Below are positions 47,730 through 58,751 of a stretch of DNA of 64,000 nt, piece by piece (the first letter of the stretch is position 1; the number at the start of each line of letters is the position of its first letter). Under the pieces are notes generated by a model. It worked only from the letters and a program-made list of their open reading frames with translations, did no database searches and was not told where the DNA came from. The DNA comes from a candidate division WWE3 bacterium. Its GTDB lineage: Bacteria; Patescibacteriota; WWE3; UBA101185; UBA10185. The stretch lies in NCBI GenBank assembly GCA_052035175.1, contig JBPOHV010000001.1, positions 459,338-523,337 on the forward strand, in the 5' to 3' direction. The translations under genes were made by a program, and so were the position numbers.

Positions 47730-49844
47730 TTATTCGTATCTAAGAGCATCTAGCGCAGAGATCTTTTTTGACCTTTTTGCAGGGTAAATACCAGTAAATA
47801 CACCTACAAAAAGTGAAAGTAAAAGAATGACGAATATAAATGATCCCGGGATTTTTGATACATCGATGTATCCTTGACCTTTGAACATTGAGAATGATGA
47901 AAGCAGTAAGCCTACGCCTTTGCCACCCAACCAGCCTAATAGTAGTCCACTAAGGCCTGCACAAAAACCCATAATCATAGACTCAGTTAAGAAAAGTTCT
48001 TGTACTTCAGAAGTTTTCATTCCCATTGCTTTCATCAGGCCTACTTCACGCGATCTTTCCAAAAGCGATACGGTCAATGTATTAAACATTCCCAACGAAG
48101 CAACCGCCAAAGCGATCATACCCATAACTCCTAATACCAATCTTATAGTTCCAAACAAGCTGTTTATTTGTGTGACAGTATCAACTACCGAAGTTGTATT
48201 ATAACCAATAGACTCAATCTTTTTACGAATGTCTGCCAAAGATTCTGGTGTTTGTGACATTACTTTGAATTGCGAAAAATTAACTATGCCGAGAGACCTC
48301 AAATCTATGAAAGGTACATAAAAAACAGGTGAAGTGTCGTCTGGAGTTACTCCTACGATAGTGTACTCGCTTGGTTCAGATTCGACTCTTTTAGAAGAGC
48401 CTTCTATCAAATAGCTTGGTAATACAAATGAAGCCATAAAAGTTTTGCCTACAGCATTTTTTTCATCAAGTCCCAAGATTTTTATCATGGCTCGGTTTAC
48501 TACTGCTTGGCGAATCGCTTTGTCTGACAGCATAACTTTGGTAAGTTCATTTGCCTCGGTTTCAGTTTCATCAGATAACGCAACCCATTCAGAGTTGGGG
48601 TCAATTTCTAATGCACTCAATGGATCTACTTCGGCGTCAGGTTGTAAAGTTGTTGTTGTAGCTTCTGTTGTCGAAGTTTCAGTATCACGTGTATCTGTTT
48701 CAGCTAATACGTCTGTATCAATTGCATAATTTGCAGTGTTTACAATTATATTTAACATCGAAAAATACCCACTTCTTTTAGATTGTTCATTTGTTACTTC
48801 GTCAATAATTGGCTCATATCCATTCTCAGTTTCTTGCCACAACAAAACGTCCGATCTTATCCATTCACCAAGATTTTCTCCGCTAGACGTTGTTTGAGAG
48901 CTACCTTTGTCACTCCCTTCATACTCAGTTCCCAAGTATATATCTCCAGTTTGTTTATATTCTGTATGCTTTGTATAACCTAAGATTTCATTTTCGGCAC
49001 CAGGCCCACCTCGAACTCTTATCCACGTGTCGGGTAAAATATCGTACTCGAGTGTACCAACTTTATCACCTTTATCTACAGTGTTTGATACAGATATACC
49101 AGCTACACTTCCGTAATCTTTGGTAGTGTAAGATAAAGGTTTTTCTTCAGACAAAAATGAAGTTTCATTGCTATCAAATATTTTACCTTCGGTTGGTTTG
49201 ATTGCAGATCTTTCCAAATAACCAGAAGTCACTCCGTACACAGCCATATCAGTTATAGAATTTTGAAAATTTACTCTACCTACTACTGCGATTAATGGAT
49301 AAACTTCAAAAACATTTGGAAATTGTTTGACGTCAGACAATGTTTTGTCGTCTATACGTACTTTAGAGCCTGGTTGCGTTGCAACATCTGCTTGCTTAAG
49401 CTCGTCAAGCCTAGCTACACGCGATATTACCAATTCTTGCAAACCGTATCCGAGCGAGACCAAAAAAACAATTGCTCCTATACCTATCGCAACACCACCG
49501 ATAGTAATAAGTGTTCTTGTTTTTTTTACTTGCATATTTCGAATAGCAAGTTTGATAAGATCAATTTTTGGAATCGTCGCATCATCAGATGCGTCTAGTT
49601 TTTTTTCTAATTTACCGAATAGTCTATAAAATTGCGCCAACACTGTAGACGTAACAGAGTAGGGGAGTATTTTTGTAAGTCTTTTGATTAATAAAGTATC
49701 TATTACATAAAATAAAACCAAGACATTAAAAGATATAAAATCTTTGAAGATGTAATTTAAAAAGCCTGGTAACTGCTTGAGACTTTGGGCCAAGGATTTA
49801 ATTTTTTCTTTGATTTTTGGTAATGCTGCTTTTATTTTATCCAT
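47730..49844 (-). CDS. FtsX/MacB-like ABC exporter permease
   Basis: RTLITIGGVAIGIGAI, large extracytoplasmic domain, ERSREVGLMKAMG, YPAKRS...ALRYE. Confidence 0.9.
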   Translation of the reverse strand: MDKIKAALPKIKEKIKSLAQSLKQLPGFLNYIFKDFISFNVLVLFYVIDTLLIKRLTKILPYSVTSTVLAQFYRLFGKLEKKLDASDDATIPKIDLIKLAIRNMQVKKTRTLITIGGVAIGIGAIVFLVSLGYGLQELVISRVARLDELKQADVATQPGSKVRIDDKTLSDVKQFPNVFEVYPLIAVVGRVNFQNSITDMAVYGVTSGYLERSAIKPTEGKIFDSNETSFLSEEKPLSYTTKDYGSVAGISVSNTVDKGDKVGTLEYDILPDTWIRVRGGPGAENEILGYTKHTEYKQTGDIYLGTEYEGSDKGSSQTTSSGENLGEWIRSDVLLWQETENGYEPIIDEVTNEQSKRSGYFSMLNIIVNTANYAIDTDVLAETDTRDTETSTTEATTTTLQPDAEVDPLSALEIDPNSEWVALSDETETEANELTKVMLSDKAIRQAVVNRAMIKILGLDEKNAVGKTFMASFVLPSYLIEGSSKRVESEPSEYTIVGVTPDDTSPVFYVPFIDLRSLGIVNFSQFKVMSQTPESLADIRKKIESIGYNTTSVVDTVTQINSLFGTIRLVLGVMGMIALAVASLGMFNTLTVSLLERSREVGLMKAMGMKTSEVQELFLTESMIMGFCAGLSGLLLGWLGGKGVGLLLSSFSMFKGQGYIDVSKIPGSFIFVILLLSLFVGVFTGIYPAKRSKKISALDALRYE

Positions 49845-50631
49845 TTATATCTACCCCGCGTTTTAATTTGACGCCTTTTTGAATTTCTTCTTTCTCTTTA
49901 CCTCTTGTTATGTCCAAAACTTTTCCGTCTTGTATTCTGACTGCTGATTTTCCATATCTAAGATATTCTAGGTCGTGCGTAACCATTAATATTGTACGTC
50001 CTGTATTATTTAAATCTACTAGTATTTGTAATAAGTTTTGACCAGACTCGTAATCAAGGTTTCCTGTAGGTTCATCGGCGATAATTAATTCTGGGTCGGT
50101 AACCAAAGCTCGTGCGAGTGCAACCTTTTGCTGTTGACCTCCGGATAGCTCTGTAGGACGGTAGCTCGCCCAGTTTTGCATACCCATACTTTCTAGGGAT
50201 TTCCAAGCTTTTTGCAAAGCAGTTACGCGGTCTACTCCTAATAAAGATAAAGGAAATGCAATATTCTCAATTACTGAAAGCGATTTGACCCAGTTGGCTT
50301 GTTGATAAACCATACCTATATGTTTTTTTCTAAATCCAGATCTATCATCGTCAGTTGCTAATGCGTACAAATCTGTATCCAAACAAAAAACCTTCCCAGA
50401 TGTTGGTATTTCCAAACCTAGTAAGACGTGTAATAAAGTTGATTTACCAGATCCAGATGGACCAAGAATAATTGCAAAATCACCGCGAGGCACTTCAAAC
50501 GAAATGCCTTTTAGTACTTCGATAGTTTGTGTACCTACGATAAAAGACTTGGTTATCTCTGTTGCTTTTAAAACAATTGCGGGTGCCGCTGGTGCTGCTG
50601 CCTCAGCAGTTTGTGCTGGAATATCACTCAT
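49837..50631 (-). CDS. ABC transporter ATP-binding protein (LolD/MacB-like)
   Basis: GPSGSGKS, LSGGQQQ, ADEPTGNLD, MVTHD. Confidence 0.95.
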   Translation of the reverse strand: MSDIPAQTAEAAAPAAPAIVLKATEITKSFIVGTQTIEVLKGISFEVPRGDFAIILGPSGSGKSTLLHVLLGLEIPTSGKVFCLDTDLYALATDDDRSGFRKKHIGMVYQQANWVKSLSVIENIAFPLSLLGVDRVTALQKAWKSLESMGMQNWASYRPTELSGGQQQKVALARALVTDPELIIADEPTGNLDYESGQNLLQILVDLNNTGRTILMVTHDLEYLRYGKSAVRIQDGKVLDITRGKEKEEIQKGVKLKRGVDING

Positions 50632-53600
50632 TTTTTAAGACCTCCCAAGAATCCAAACACTTCACCCAAATTTGTAATTACCAAGTTCAATGCGCTGTCA
50701 GAAGATTTTGGCGTAATGCTTACAGTGTCTATAGATTTTGCTTCATTGGTTGCTTTGTCTTTAGAAAGAGCTCGTAAATGATAAACTTTTGAAGTATTTA
50801 AACCTGAAATTACCACGACGTGGTTGTAAGTTAGGTTTGAGTCTTCTTGCGTCTTTTGAGAATAGGTTGTTCCTGTACCTTCGCCAAATTCCACTTGAGA
50901 TGTTCCGGGTTCGTCTGTATCCCAACTTACTACCAATTGCGCTGTAGCTACTTGTTCACTTGTATTAACGATATTTCCTTCGACTCGTAAGTTTGAAATC
51001 AAAGGAGGTCTCGTATCTGTTGCAGTTGTTAATTGTTGTGGATCGCTCGAGGCCTGATTCCCTGCTTTGTCTATACCTTTTACTACCATTGTATAAGGTG
51101 TTTCTGGGAATAATCCTTTTATTAATAACCTATGTACACCTTTAACGAGCTTAACATTAACTTCGTCTCTTGCTTGTGATGCATCGCTGCTTGGGTAATA
51201 CGTAATTATTGATGAAACTTCTGTATTAGTTGACCATGATACTAAAACTGCTGGTTGTGCACTACCTTTGACTTGTTGGATTTTGACATTATCTATTTTT
51301 GGTCGTGGTAAAGTTTCAAACGACAAAATACTTCCTTCATACTCTTCGCCTTCTGTATCAAAAGTGTTTATTTTATAATAGTATTTTGTACCATCTTCCA
51401 AGCTATCTATTGTTGTATTATAAGTTGTTTCGCTTGTAGAAGTTGAAAGTTCAACAGAACCTCCAAATGCAGAAGTTTTGCCATAATAAATTTTAACTTT
51501 TGAAGAACTATTTACGGTATATTGCAGAATTACACTGTTAATGCCAACTGTTTTGGCTGTTGGATCAGTTACAGTCGGCGCTGGTGCAGTCTCAAAAGTA
51601 AATTCATCTGTTAGTCCAGTATTTCCATCTTCATCAGTCCACTTTGCTACTGCATAATAATTTGTTCCTGGTGAAAGATTTGTAAGCGTTATTTCGTGTG
51701 CAGTTACTTGAGTTGAGTTTGAAGGCTCTTCGTCAAAATAATCACCCTCACTCGTACCAAATTGTATTTTTGAATCGCTGGCTCGATCTGTGGACCATGT
51801 TATTGTAGCTTGCTTTGTTGTTATGCCAGTTACTTCTGGTTCACTTTCTAGCGCTGCAGCTTCTGTAAATTTACCTGTAGGCAATAAGGAAACAGCTGCA
51901 GTAGATGCGCCGCAGTTGCTTACGCTATCGCAAGCTTTCACTTTATAATAGTATGTTTCTTGTTCTAGTGATGTATCGATATACGCTGATCCTGTTGTAG
52001 ATGCTAATAATGTATATGTACTATCGTCAGAAGATCTATATATTTCATATTCTTCTACGCCAGAACCTACATCAGTAGGAGCTGTCCATGATAATGCCAA
52101 CCTCCATGCTGATGTACTTTTGATAGAAACGTCTGAAATTTCTAGATTTAACGGAATGCCTGGTGCAGATGTATTGGCTGTGAAACTTACACTAGTGTAA
52201 GATCCATAATTTATAGTTCCTCCTACATCATCTCCGTTTTTTGCAACTAAATAAAAAGTATTCAAACCTACTTGTGTAGCAAATGAGCTCGCCGAAACAG
52301 ATGTAGCTCCAGCGCTTGTATAAGTACATGTATCTACAGAAGGTAGTGTATTTACTGTATAACAATATGTCAGGTCAGATGAGTCACCGCTATACGTTGC
52401 AGGAATTTGCCAAGAAAACGCAAAAGAGTTAGTTGTATTTGTGCTAGGTGTAGCAGTCAAAAATTGTGGTGCCGATGGTCCATCTCCTCCATAATAGTAT
52501 GTAGCTTGTAATGGTGTTGCCGATACATTACCCGCTGTATCAATTACTCTTAAATAAAATGTATTTGCGCCTGTTTGATATGCAGCAGAAGGGATATCAA
52601 TACTAGTAGAAGCAGTAGTCGACGACCAATCGCTTAGATCTCCACTTGGTGCACCAGTTTTATATTGATATCCTGCTAAACCTGATCCGGTATCTGATGC
52701 AATTCCATCCCCAGACGAGGGCCATGAAAATGTAAACGAATTTGTAGATGCATAACCAGAAGGTGTAACAGTAACTGTACTTGGGTTGCTTGGATTTGTA
52801 TTATCAAACTTATATATAAAAGGTGCGTACACTGTGCTTAAGTTTTGTGCATTATCTTTGGCTTGAATTCGCAAATAATACGTCGATCCGCTCGACAACC
52901 CTGAAGCTGAGTATGATGTACCCACTTGAAATACTCCTGCTGTAGATGGTGTTGCAGTATTATCTGTTCCAAAATAAACATAATAACCAGCAACTCCAGC
53001 TTCTGTGTCTGATGCGCCGCTCCAAGAGAAATACGGTGTTGTATACGTATACCAAGTGTTTGTTGTCAAAGATGTTCCTCCGCCAGAAACATTTAGAGCT
53101 GTCAAACTACTTGGTGGGTTAGGATTTGTTGTATCTGCTTCAGCTTCAACTGTTATAGAATTTAGTGTTACAGCTTGTGTACCATCTCCATCCAAGATAG
53201 CTTGCCATTTAATACCGCTAGAGCTTATAGAAAAAGTGTCTATATTGGTATCAATCGTTGAACTAGCGTTGGCTTGTGCGGTAGACGCAGATGTAGCCCA
53301 AGCTCCGCCATCCCAATATTTCCAAGTAGTGCCGCCATCGTTAGACAACCGATAAGTTATTGCTCCGCCATTTGCAGTTTCTGAAACTACAAATCCGGTA
53401 TATGTATATATATCTTCAGTAAACACGGCTGTCGCATTTTGTATAGTTTGTGCCGATGTAGAATAAGCTGTTGTATTAAATGATGGTAGTGCAGTATTGC
53501 TTATTCTCACTTCGTCTATATTGCCATTAAAAAATCCTTGAGGACTACCCTGACTAGTGCTTCCATAAGTTGTTCCTAGTAAAACTGCTTTTGCGGTATT

Positions 53601-56477
53601 TGGTATTGATAACGAGGCACTTCCAGAGTTATCCAAAGTTCCGTCAATATAAATTTTCATAGTAGAACCATCGTATGTAGCAGCTATATGATGCCAGCTA
53701 GTATTTTGTGACGTAGTTGCCGATTGCAAATACCCATTGTTTCCATAAGACCAAATAGCAGCATCTACATTTGCACTTTCACCTAATCCAGCATAAAGTT
53801 TGCCTTTGTAAACACTTAAAGAGTGTACGCTTTCAGATGCATTAATATCCCAGCTAGAATTTAAGGCATCGCCTCCGACTTGTGCCCATGTTGAACCATC
53901 GTATTTCCATACTTCTGATTCTCCTGCTGTAGTACCAAGGCCAGCATAAATGTCCCCATTATAAGAAGCTAGTGCTCTGAGTCTTTCATAAGTTCCTGCT
54001 GTCCAACTTCCTCCAATATCGTCGCCACCTATTTGTGTCCAAGCAGCGCCATCCCATTTCCATAAATCAGCATCACCTGCTGTTGTACCTAATCCTGCAT
54101 ATATTTCACTGTTATGTACAATCAGTGTTTCTACTATTTCATGTAAAGATGCCCATCCAGAATTTGTGCTGTCGCCTCCTATTTTAGTCCATGCAGTGCC
54201 ATTAAAACTCCAAACCTCAGCATCCCCAGCAGTGTTACCAATGCCTGCGTAAACAACCCCATTATAAGAGGTCATACTATACACAGCTTCAAAATTTGTT
54301 GTCCAACCAGAGTTAAGACTGTCTCCTCCAACTTTTTCCCACACTGTCCCATTCCATCGCCACACTTCTGCATCATTTGCAGACAACCCCAAACCTGCGT
54401 ATAAATATCCTCCTGAAACTGTCATGCTTTGCACTGTTTCAAAACCGGTATTCCAACCCGAGTTTAAATTGTCACCTCCAACTTGTGTCCAAGTTGTACC
54501 GTTGTAGCTCCAAACTTCCGCGTCGTTGGCGGTTGATCCAATACCCACATATAAATCTCCATTATAGCTTCGCATAGAGAATACGCCTTCATATGTAGCA
54601 GCTGACCAGCTACTATTTACTCCTTGCCCACCAACAATTGCCCAAGAACTACCGTCGTATTCCCATACTAATGCATTGCCTGCAACGGTATACCCGGTAC
54701 CAGCATACAGTTTACCGTTGTGAGTTTTCATAACTTCTACACTTTGCAAATTATAAAAGCCCCAACTTTTGTTAATATAATTTCCGCCTATTCTGGTCCA
54801 AGCAGATCCATTCCAAGTCCAGAATTCTCCTGAAGCTGATGCTGCTGTAGTTCCTGTATATAAAGTCCCGCCAGTATAAAGAAGCGTATTTATTATTGTA
54901 TGTGTATTTGTAAATCCAGAATTTATAGCATCTCCACCAATTTTGGTCCAAGCAGAACCATTCCAACGCCATACTTCATTGTCACCTGCTGTTGTACCAA
55001 GCCCTGCGTAAATATTAGTACCATCACTCTCTAATGCGTAAACACCTTCATAATTTGTAGTCCACCCAGAATTTGTGCTGTCGCCTCCTATTTTGGTCCA
55101 GCTGCCACCTGTATACTGCCAAACTTCTGCATCATTTGCCGAATTTCCTAGGCCTGCATACAAACTAGTACCAGCATATTCCATTGTAAGGACTTGTTCA
55201 TAATCAGTATTCCAGCTAGAGTTTGTCCCATCTCCGCCAATTTTGGTCCAAGCAGATCCATTCCAGCTCCAAATCTCTGCGTCTGTCGTACTGCTTCCTA
55301 AGGCTGCATATACTGTAGATCCGTCATTAACCAGTTTCATTACTGTCTCAAAATTTGTAGTCCATCCTGAGTTTATACTATCTCCACCTATTTTGGTCCA
55401 AGCAGATCCATTCCAGCTCCAAACCTCCGCATCATTAGCACTACTACCAGTACCAGCGTACAAAGTTGAACCCATATATGTAAGAGTAGCAATATATTCA
55501 TAAGTTCCTACTGCCCAGCTTGAATTGATGGCATCGCCACCAATTTTAGTCCAACTGTTACAACCAGTACTTGTATTGCAATACCAAACTTCAGCATCTC
55601 CTGCGGTTATACCAATACCTATATATAAGTTTGTACCATCTGTTGCCATAGCAGAAACAGTCTCAAACGTTTGAGCTGCCCAGCTTGAATTAATGGCATC
55701 GCCACCCACTTGTTCCCAAATAGTCCCATCCCATTTCCAGACTTCTGCATCACCTGCAGCATTTCCTAAGCCAACATAAATGTTGCTCCCAACAACAATA
55801 GATGAATTTACATCCAGTTTTCCGTTTAAATCCCAACTTTCGTTTATATCAAGGCCAGCTCTTTGAGTCCAATCTGTTTCTGTGGTATTAACTAACTCAT
55901 ACGTCACTTTACCTGTTTCATTGTCGTAATAAAGTTTGTAATCACCTTTATCGATAATACCTTGTTCATATTCGGTACTTCCTGCAGAAAATGCTGTTCC
56001 AAACTTTGTCCAAGCTTCCAAAGTATTTGATTGGCTAAGTGATAAAGATGAGCTATCTGGTATAGATATTTTTTTTGTAAGTCCATCCAATGAAAATGCG
56101 TTGTTTAGATTACCTGTAGTCCAAGAAGCAATTGATGCAGTACCGTCGTTATTATTTGCAGATGCATCGTCTACAGTTGTTCCGCTAGACTCATCTAAGT
56201 GCCACAGACCCATTGTATTAGCGTCAGTTGTATAATTTTGTACTTTAAGTCTCGCAGTATTGCTACTTACTTCTATTGCTGCAGAGTCAGATAATGTGTA
56301 ATCACCAGAGCTAGCAAATGTCCAAGCTTGGCTTACATATCCAGCAGCTAATGCTTTTAAATAGGTTTGAGTTAATACAACAGTAAAACATATTAAAACC
56401 AAAGATATTACAACGTAAGTAATTTTTTTCTTTGTATTGAAAAACTTATAAAAGATTAATGGCAGCTTTTGTATCAT
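50628..56477 (-). CDS. 1949-aa surface protein: LamG domain with 14 inserted beta-propeller repeats, followed by several FN3-like domains
   Basis: Signal/TM; GLWHLDE...TLEAW and WHHIAATYDG...IDEVRIS halves of LamG; 14 GGD..NS.W...LYAGLG...DAEVW repeats; YYYKV-type FN3 units. Confidence 0.85.
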   Translation of the reverse strand: MIQKLPLIFYKFFNTKKKITYVVISLVLICFTVVLTQTYLKALAAGYVSQAWTFASSGDYTLSDSAAIEVSSNTARLKVQNYTTDANTMGLWHLDESSGTTVDDASANNNDGTASIASWTTGNLNNAFSLDGLTKKISIPDSSSLSLSQSNTLEAWTKFGTAFSAGSTEYEQGIIDKGDYKLYYDNETGKVTYELVNTTETDWTQRAGLDINESWDLNGKLDVNSSIVVGSNIYVGLGNAAGDAEVWKWDGTIWEQVGGDAINSSWAAQTFETVSAMATDGTNLYIGIGITAGDAEVWYCNTSTGCNSWTKIGGDAINSSWAVGTYEYIATLTYMGSTLYAGTGSSANDAEVWSWNGSAWTKIGGDSINSGWTTNFETVMKLVNDGSTVYAALGSSTTDAEIWSWNGSAWTKIGGDGTNSSWNTDYEQVLTMEYAGTSLYAGLGNSANDAEVWQYTGGSWTKIGGDSTNSGWTTNYEGVYALESDGTNIYAGLGTTAGDNEVWRWNGSAWTKIGGDAINSGFTNTHTIINTLLYTGGTLYTGTTAASASGEFWTWNGSAWTRIGGNYINKSWGFYNLQSVEVMKTHNGKLYAGTGYTVAGNALVWEYDGSSWAIVGGQGVNSSWSAATYEGVFSMRSYNGDLYVGIGSTANDAEVWSYNGTTWTQVGGDNLNSGWNTGFETVQSMTVSGGYLYAGLGLSANDAEVWRWNGTVWEKVGGDSLNSGWTTNFEAVYSMTSYNGVVYAGIGNTAGDAEVWSFNGTAWTKIGGDSTNSGWASLHEIVETLIVHNSEIYAGLGTTAGDADLWKWDGAAWTQIGGDDIGGSWTAGTYERLRALASYNGDIYAGLGTTAGESEVWKYDGSTWAQVGGDALNSSWDINASESVHSLSVYKGKLYAGLGESANVDAAIWSYGNNGYLQSATTSQNTSWHHIAATYDGSTMKIYIDGTLDNSGSASLSIPNTAKAVLLGTTYGSTSQGSPQGFFNGNIDEVRISNTALPSFNTTAYSTSAQTIQNATAVFTEDIYTYTGFVVSETANGGAITYRLSNDGGTTWKYWDGGAWATSASTAQANASSTIDTNIDTFSISSSGIKWQAILDGDGTQAVTLNSITVEAEADTTNPNPPSSLTALNVSGGGTSLTTNTWYTYTTPYFSWSGASDTEAGVAGYYVYFGTDNTATPSTAGVFQVGTSYSASGLSSGSTYYLRIQAKDNAQNLSTVYAPFIYKFDNTNPSNPSTVTVTPSGYASTNSFTFSWPSSGDGIASDTGSGLAGYQYKTGAPSGDLSDWSSTTASTSIDIPSAAYQTGANTFYLRVIDTAGNVSATPLQATYYYGGDGPSAPQFLTATPSTNTTNSFAFSWQIPATYSGDSSDLTYCYTVNTLPSVDTCTYTSAGATSVSASSFATQVGLNTFYLVAKNGDDVGGTINYGSYTSVSFTANTSAPGIPLNLEISDVSIKSTSAWRLALSWTAPTDVGSGVEEYEIYRSSDDSTYTLLASTTGSAYIDTSLEQETYYYKVKACDSVSNCGASTAAVSLLPTGKFTEAAALESEPEVTGITTKQATITWSTDRASDSKIQFGTSEGDYFDEEPSNSTQVTAHEITLTNLSPGTNYYAVAKWTDEDGNTGLTDEFTFETAPAPTVTDPTAKTVGINSVILQYTVNSSSKVKIYYGKTSAFGGSVELSTSTSETTYNTTIDSLEDGTKYYYKINTFDTEGEEYEGSILSFETLPRPKIDNVKIQQVKGSAQPAVLVSWSTNTEVSSIITYYPSSDASQARDEVNVKLVKGVHRLLIKGLFPETPYTMVVKGIDKAGNQASSDPQQLTTATDTRPPLISNLRVEGNIVNTSEQVATAQLVVSWDTDEPGTSQVEFGEGTGTTYSQKTQEDSNLTYNHVVVISGLNTSKVYHLRALSKDKATNEAKSIDTVSITPKSSDSALNLVITNLGEVFGFLGGLKK
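53740..55870 (-). repeat. 14 tandem ~50-aa coding repeats (approximate limits)
   Basis: Repeated GGDxxNSxW...DAEVWxWNGxxWTKI units counted in the translation. Confidence 0.85.
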
Positions 56478-56691
56478 AATTCATCGTTTACATCTTAATG
56501 TATATATTCAAGCCTTTACATAAATTATATCTTTAAAATACAACCAAGCACAAGACGCAAAACATGTATTTTTATTGTAATAAAAGCAATTTTCATAGAT
56601 CGTCATCTATATCACTTGTGTGATTGATTGATATCTTATATATCATAGGTTAAGACTATATAAATATTTACGTGTTAAAATAAAATGGCAT

Positions 56692-58107
56692 ATGTTTACA
56701 TTGCAACAATTATTTCTTTTTATTACCTCTACATTAGTAGCATTTTCTCCAGCAGCGACATACACCGAAGGTGTTGTCGGTCAACCTATATCATTTAACC
56801 CTGTAAAAGCAAAAACTCAGCACGAAATTGCTGTATCAAGATTGATTTACAGAGGTTTATTTAAATACGATATTTATGGTTCGTTAATACCAGATTTAGC
56901 TGATACCTGGGCAGTCTCCGAAGATGGATTGACTTATACAATTAAACTTAAGTCTAATCAAACATGGAATGATGGTAAACCAATATCTGCAGATGATTTA
57001 ATTTATACAGCTTTTAATTCTCCAAATCTTACAGGAGTTGCTACTGATAGAGTTGATCCGCTTACTGTTAGATACACGTTACCAAATAAATATGCCCCTT
57101 TTGTAAGTTTATTGACAATAGGAGTTATCCCAAATGGATCTTTAGAAAAAGATAACCCGATAAAGCCAACTTCGAGTGGAGATTTTAGCGTGGTGCGTAT
57201 AGATAAAACTGGTTCACTTATAAATGAAGTTGTTTTATACAATCCAAATACTCATATAAAAAGATTAAACTTTAAATATTATAGTAACGATGATGAAATA
57301 CTAGCTGCTGCCAAATTGGGCGAGATTGATGGCTTTCTTTTCAAAGACAACATAAATCTCGATAGATTTAACGAATACAAGTATCCAATGCAAGGTATTT
57401 TTTATGGCTTGTTCTTCAATATGTCTAATGACAACGTCAAAGAAGAGCTTTTTAGAAAGCAATTACGAAATACGCTAAATGTTGAAAGAATGATAGAAAC
57501 TCGAGGCATCTTGGTACAAGGGCCAATAAGTAGAAGTACTTTTACAGATCGCGCGCTAAATTTTAATCATTACGATCCGTTATTATCGGCCGATTTACTC
57601 GGCAAACAGCTGGTTTTGACGGTACCAGATATAGAAGGTCACATAAATTTGGCGGAAGAAATTAAAAATATTTGGGAAGACAAACTGAATATAGATGTGA
57701 CTATTCGCAAAATATCTCCTAGTGAAATCGACGAACGCGTCTTAAAACCCAGAAATTTTGAAGTACTGCTATACGGGCAAGAAGTAGGACGTGATCCTGA
57801 CAGATACAATACATTTCATTCGGCTCAAGCTCCTTACCCGGGTGCTAATATTAGTCAATTTAATCATGTAAGATCTGATCGTGCATTGGAGGAAGGAAGA
57901 AACGAACTCGACGATTCAAAACGTGTTACGCATTATAATGAGCTTCAAAAAGTCATAGATGAGCAAGTGCCAGTTATCTTTTTGTACCACCCTTATGATA
58001 GATACTATGTTTCAAAATATATAAGTGGAATAGGGGATAAGTATACTTTTGCTCCTGGTGATAGATTCTTAGACTTTTATAACTGGCAAAGAAAAAAGAT
58101 TAATTAA
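56692..58107 (+). CDS. ABC transporter substrate-binding protein, family 5 (OppA/DppA-like)
   Basis: PDLADTWAVSEDGLTYTIKL..W.DG.PISADD; PVIFLY. Confidence 0.9.
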   Translation: MFTLQQLFLFITSTLVAFSPAATYTEGVVGQPISFNPVKAKTQHEIAVSRLIYRGLFKYDIYGSLIPDLADTWAVSEDGLTYTIKLKSNQTWNDGKPISADDLIYTAFNSPNLTGVATDRVDPLTVRYTLPNKYAPFVSLLTIGVIPNGSLEKDNPIKPTSSGDFSVVRIDKTGSLINEVVLYNPNTHIKRLNFKYYSNDDEILAAAKLGEIDGFLFKDNINLDRFNEYKYPMQGIFYGLFFNMSNDNVKEELFRKQLRNTLNVERMIETRGILVQGPISRSTFTDRALNFNHYDPLLSADLLGKQLVLTVPDIEGHINLAEEIKNIWEDKLNIDVTIRKISPSEIDERVLKPRNFEVLLYGQEVGRDPDRYNTFHSAQAPYPGANISQFNHVRSDRALEEGRNELDDSKRVTHYNELQKVIDEQVPVIFLYHPYDRYYVSKYISGIGDKYTFAPGDRFLDFYNWQRKKIN

Positions 58108-58172
58108 TTGGTATACAAGCAAAATCCTTAGTATAATGCATTGGGGTGAGTGAGGGCTTACCCCTCTTTTAT

Positions 58173-58250
<78 letters not shown>

Positions 58251-58276
58251 TAATAAAGTTATGCTACTATATCTTT

Positions 58277-58618
58277 ATGATTACATTTGAAGTAGGAAAT
58301 AGCGAAAAACATAGTATTAACTTTGATTACGACATAATGTGGGGAGGGTTAACTATCTCAGTCGATGGCAAAGAACTTACGAAAACCAGAAAAATGGTAG
58401 TTGGAGAAACACCCTTTCAGTTTCAAATCGGAAACGAAGAAAAGCATGATGTTAGAATTTTACTAAATAACCCACTTGGTTTCGCATTTAGAGGTTCTAG
58501 TATGAAGGCATTTGTTGACGGAAAACTTATACATGAAGAACATATAGGCGCGTCCAGATTATTTATTATTATACTCGCTGTACTTCTTGCATTAACTGTA
58601 TATATGTCGTCTAGATAG
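58277..58618 (+). CDS. Small hypothetical protein with C-terminal TM
   Basis: Internal duplication (FEVGNSEKH / FQIGNEEKH); TACTAT 6 nt before ATG 58277. Confidence 0.6.
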   Translation: MITFEVGNSEKHSINFDYDIMWGGLTISVDGKELTKTRKMVVGETPFQFQIGNEEKHDVRILLNNPLGFAFRGSSMKAFVDGKLIHEEHIGASRLFIIILAVLLALTVYMSSR

Positions 58619-58751
58619 CGTTGATAAACGCACATTTCTTATTTTTTATCAAAGTTGTATCTAAAAGTTGAAATAAGTAACTTACCCATTTCATTTCATC
58701 AAAATCATTAATTTAGTTATAATTGGGACTTCAGTTAATAATTATACTTTT

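Noticed and set aside
53740-55870. Regularly spaced nucleotide repeats as a CRISPR array or DGR template
   Set aside because: They are degenerate in-frame coding repeats of ~150 bp; no cas or reverse transcriptase gene is in the window.
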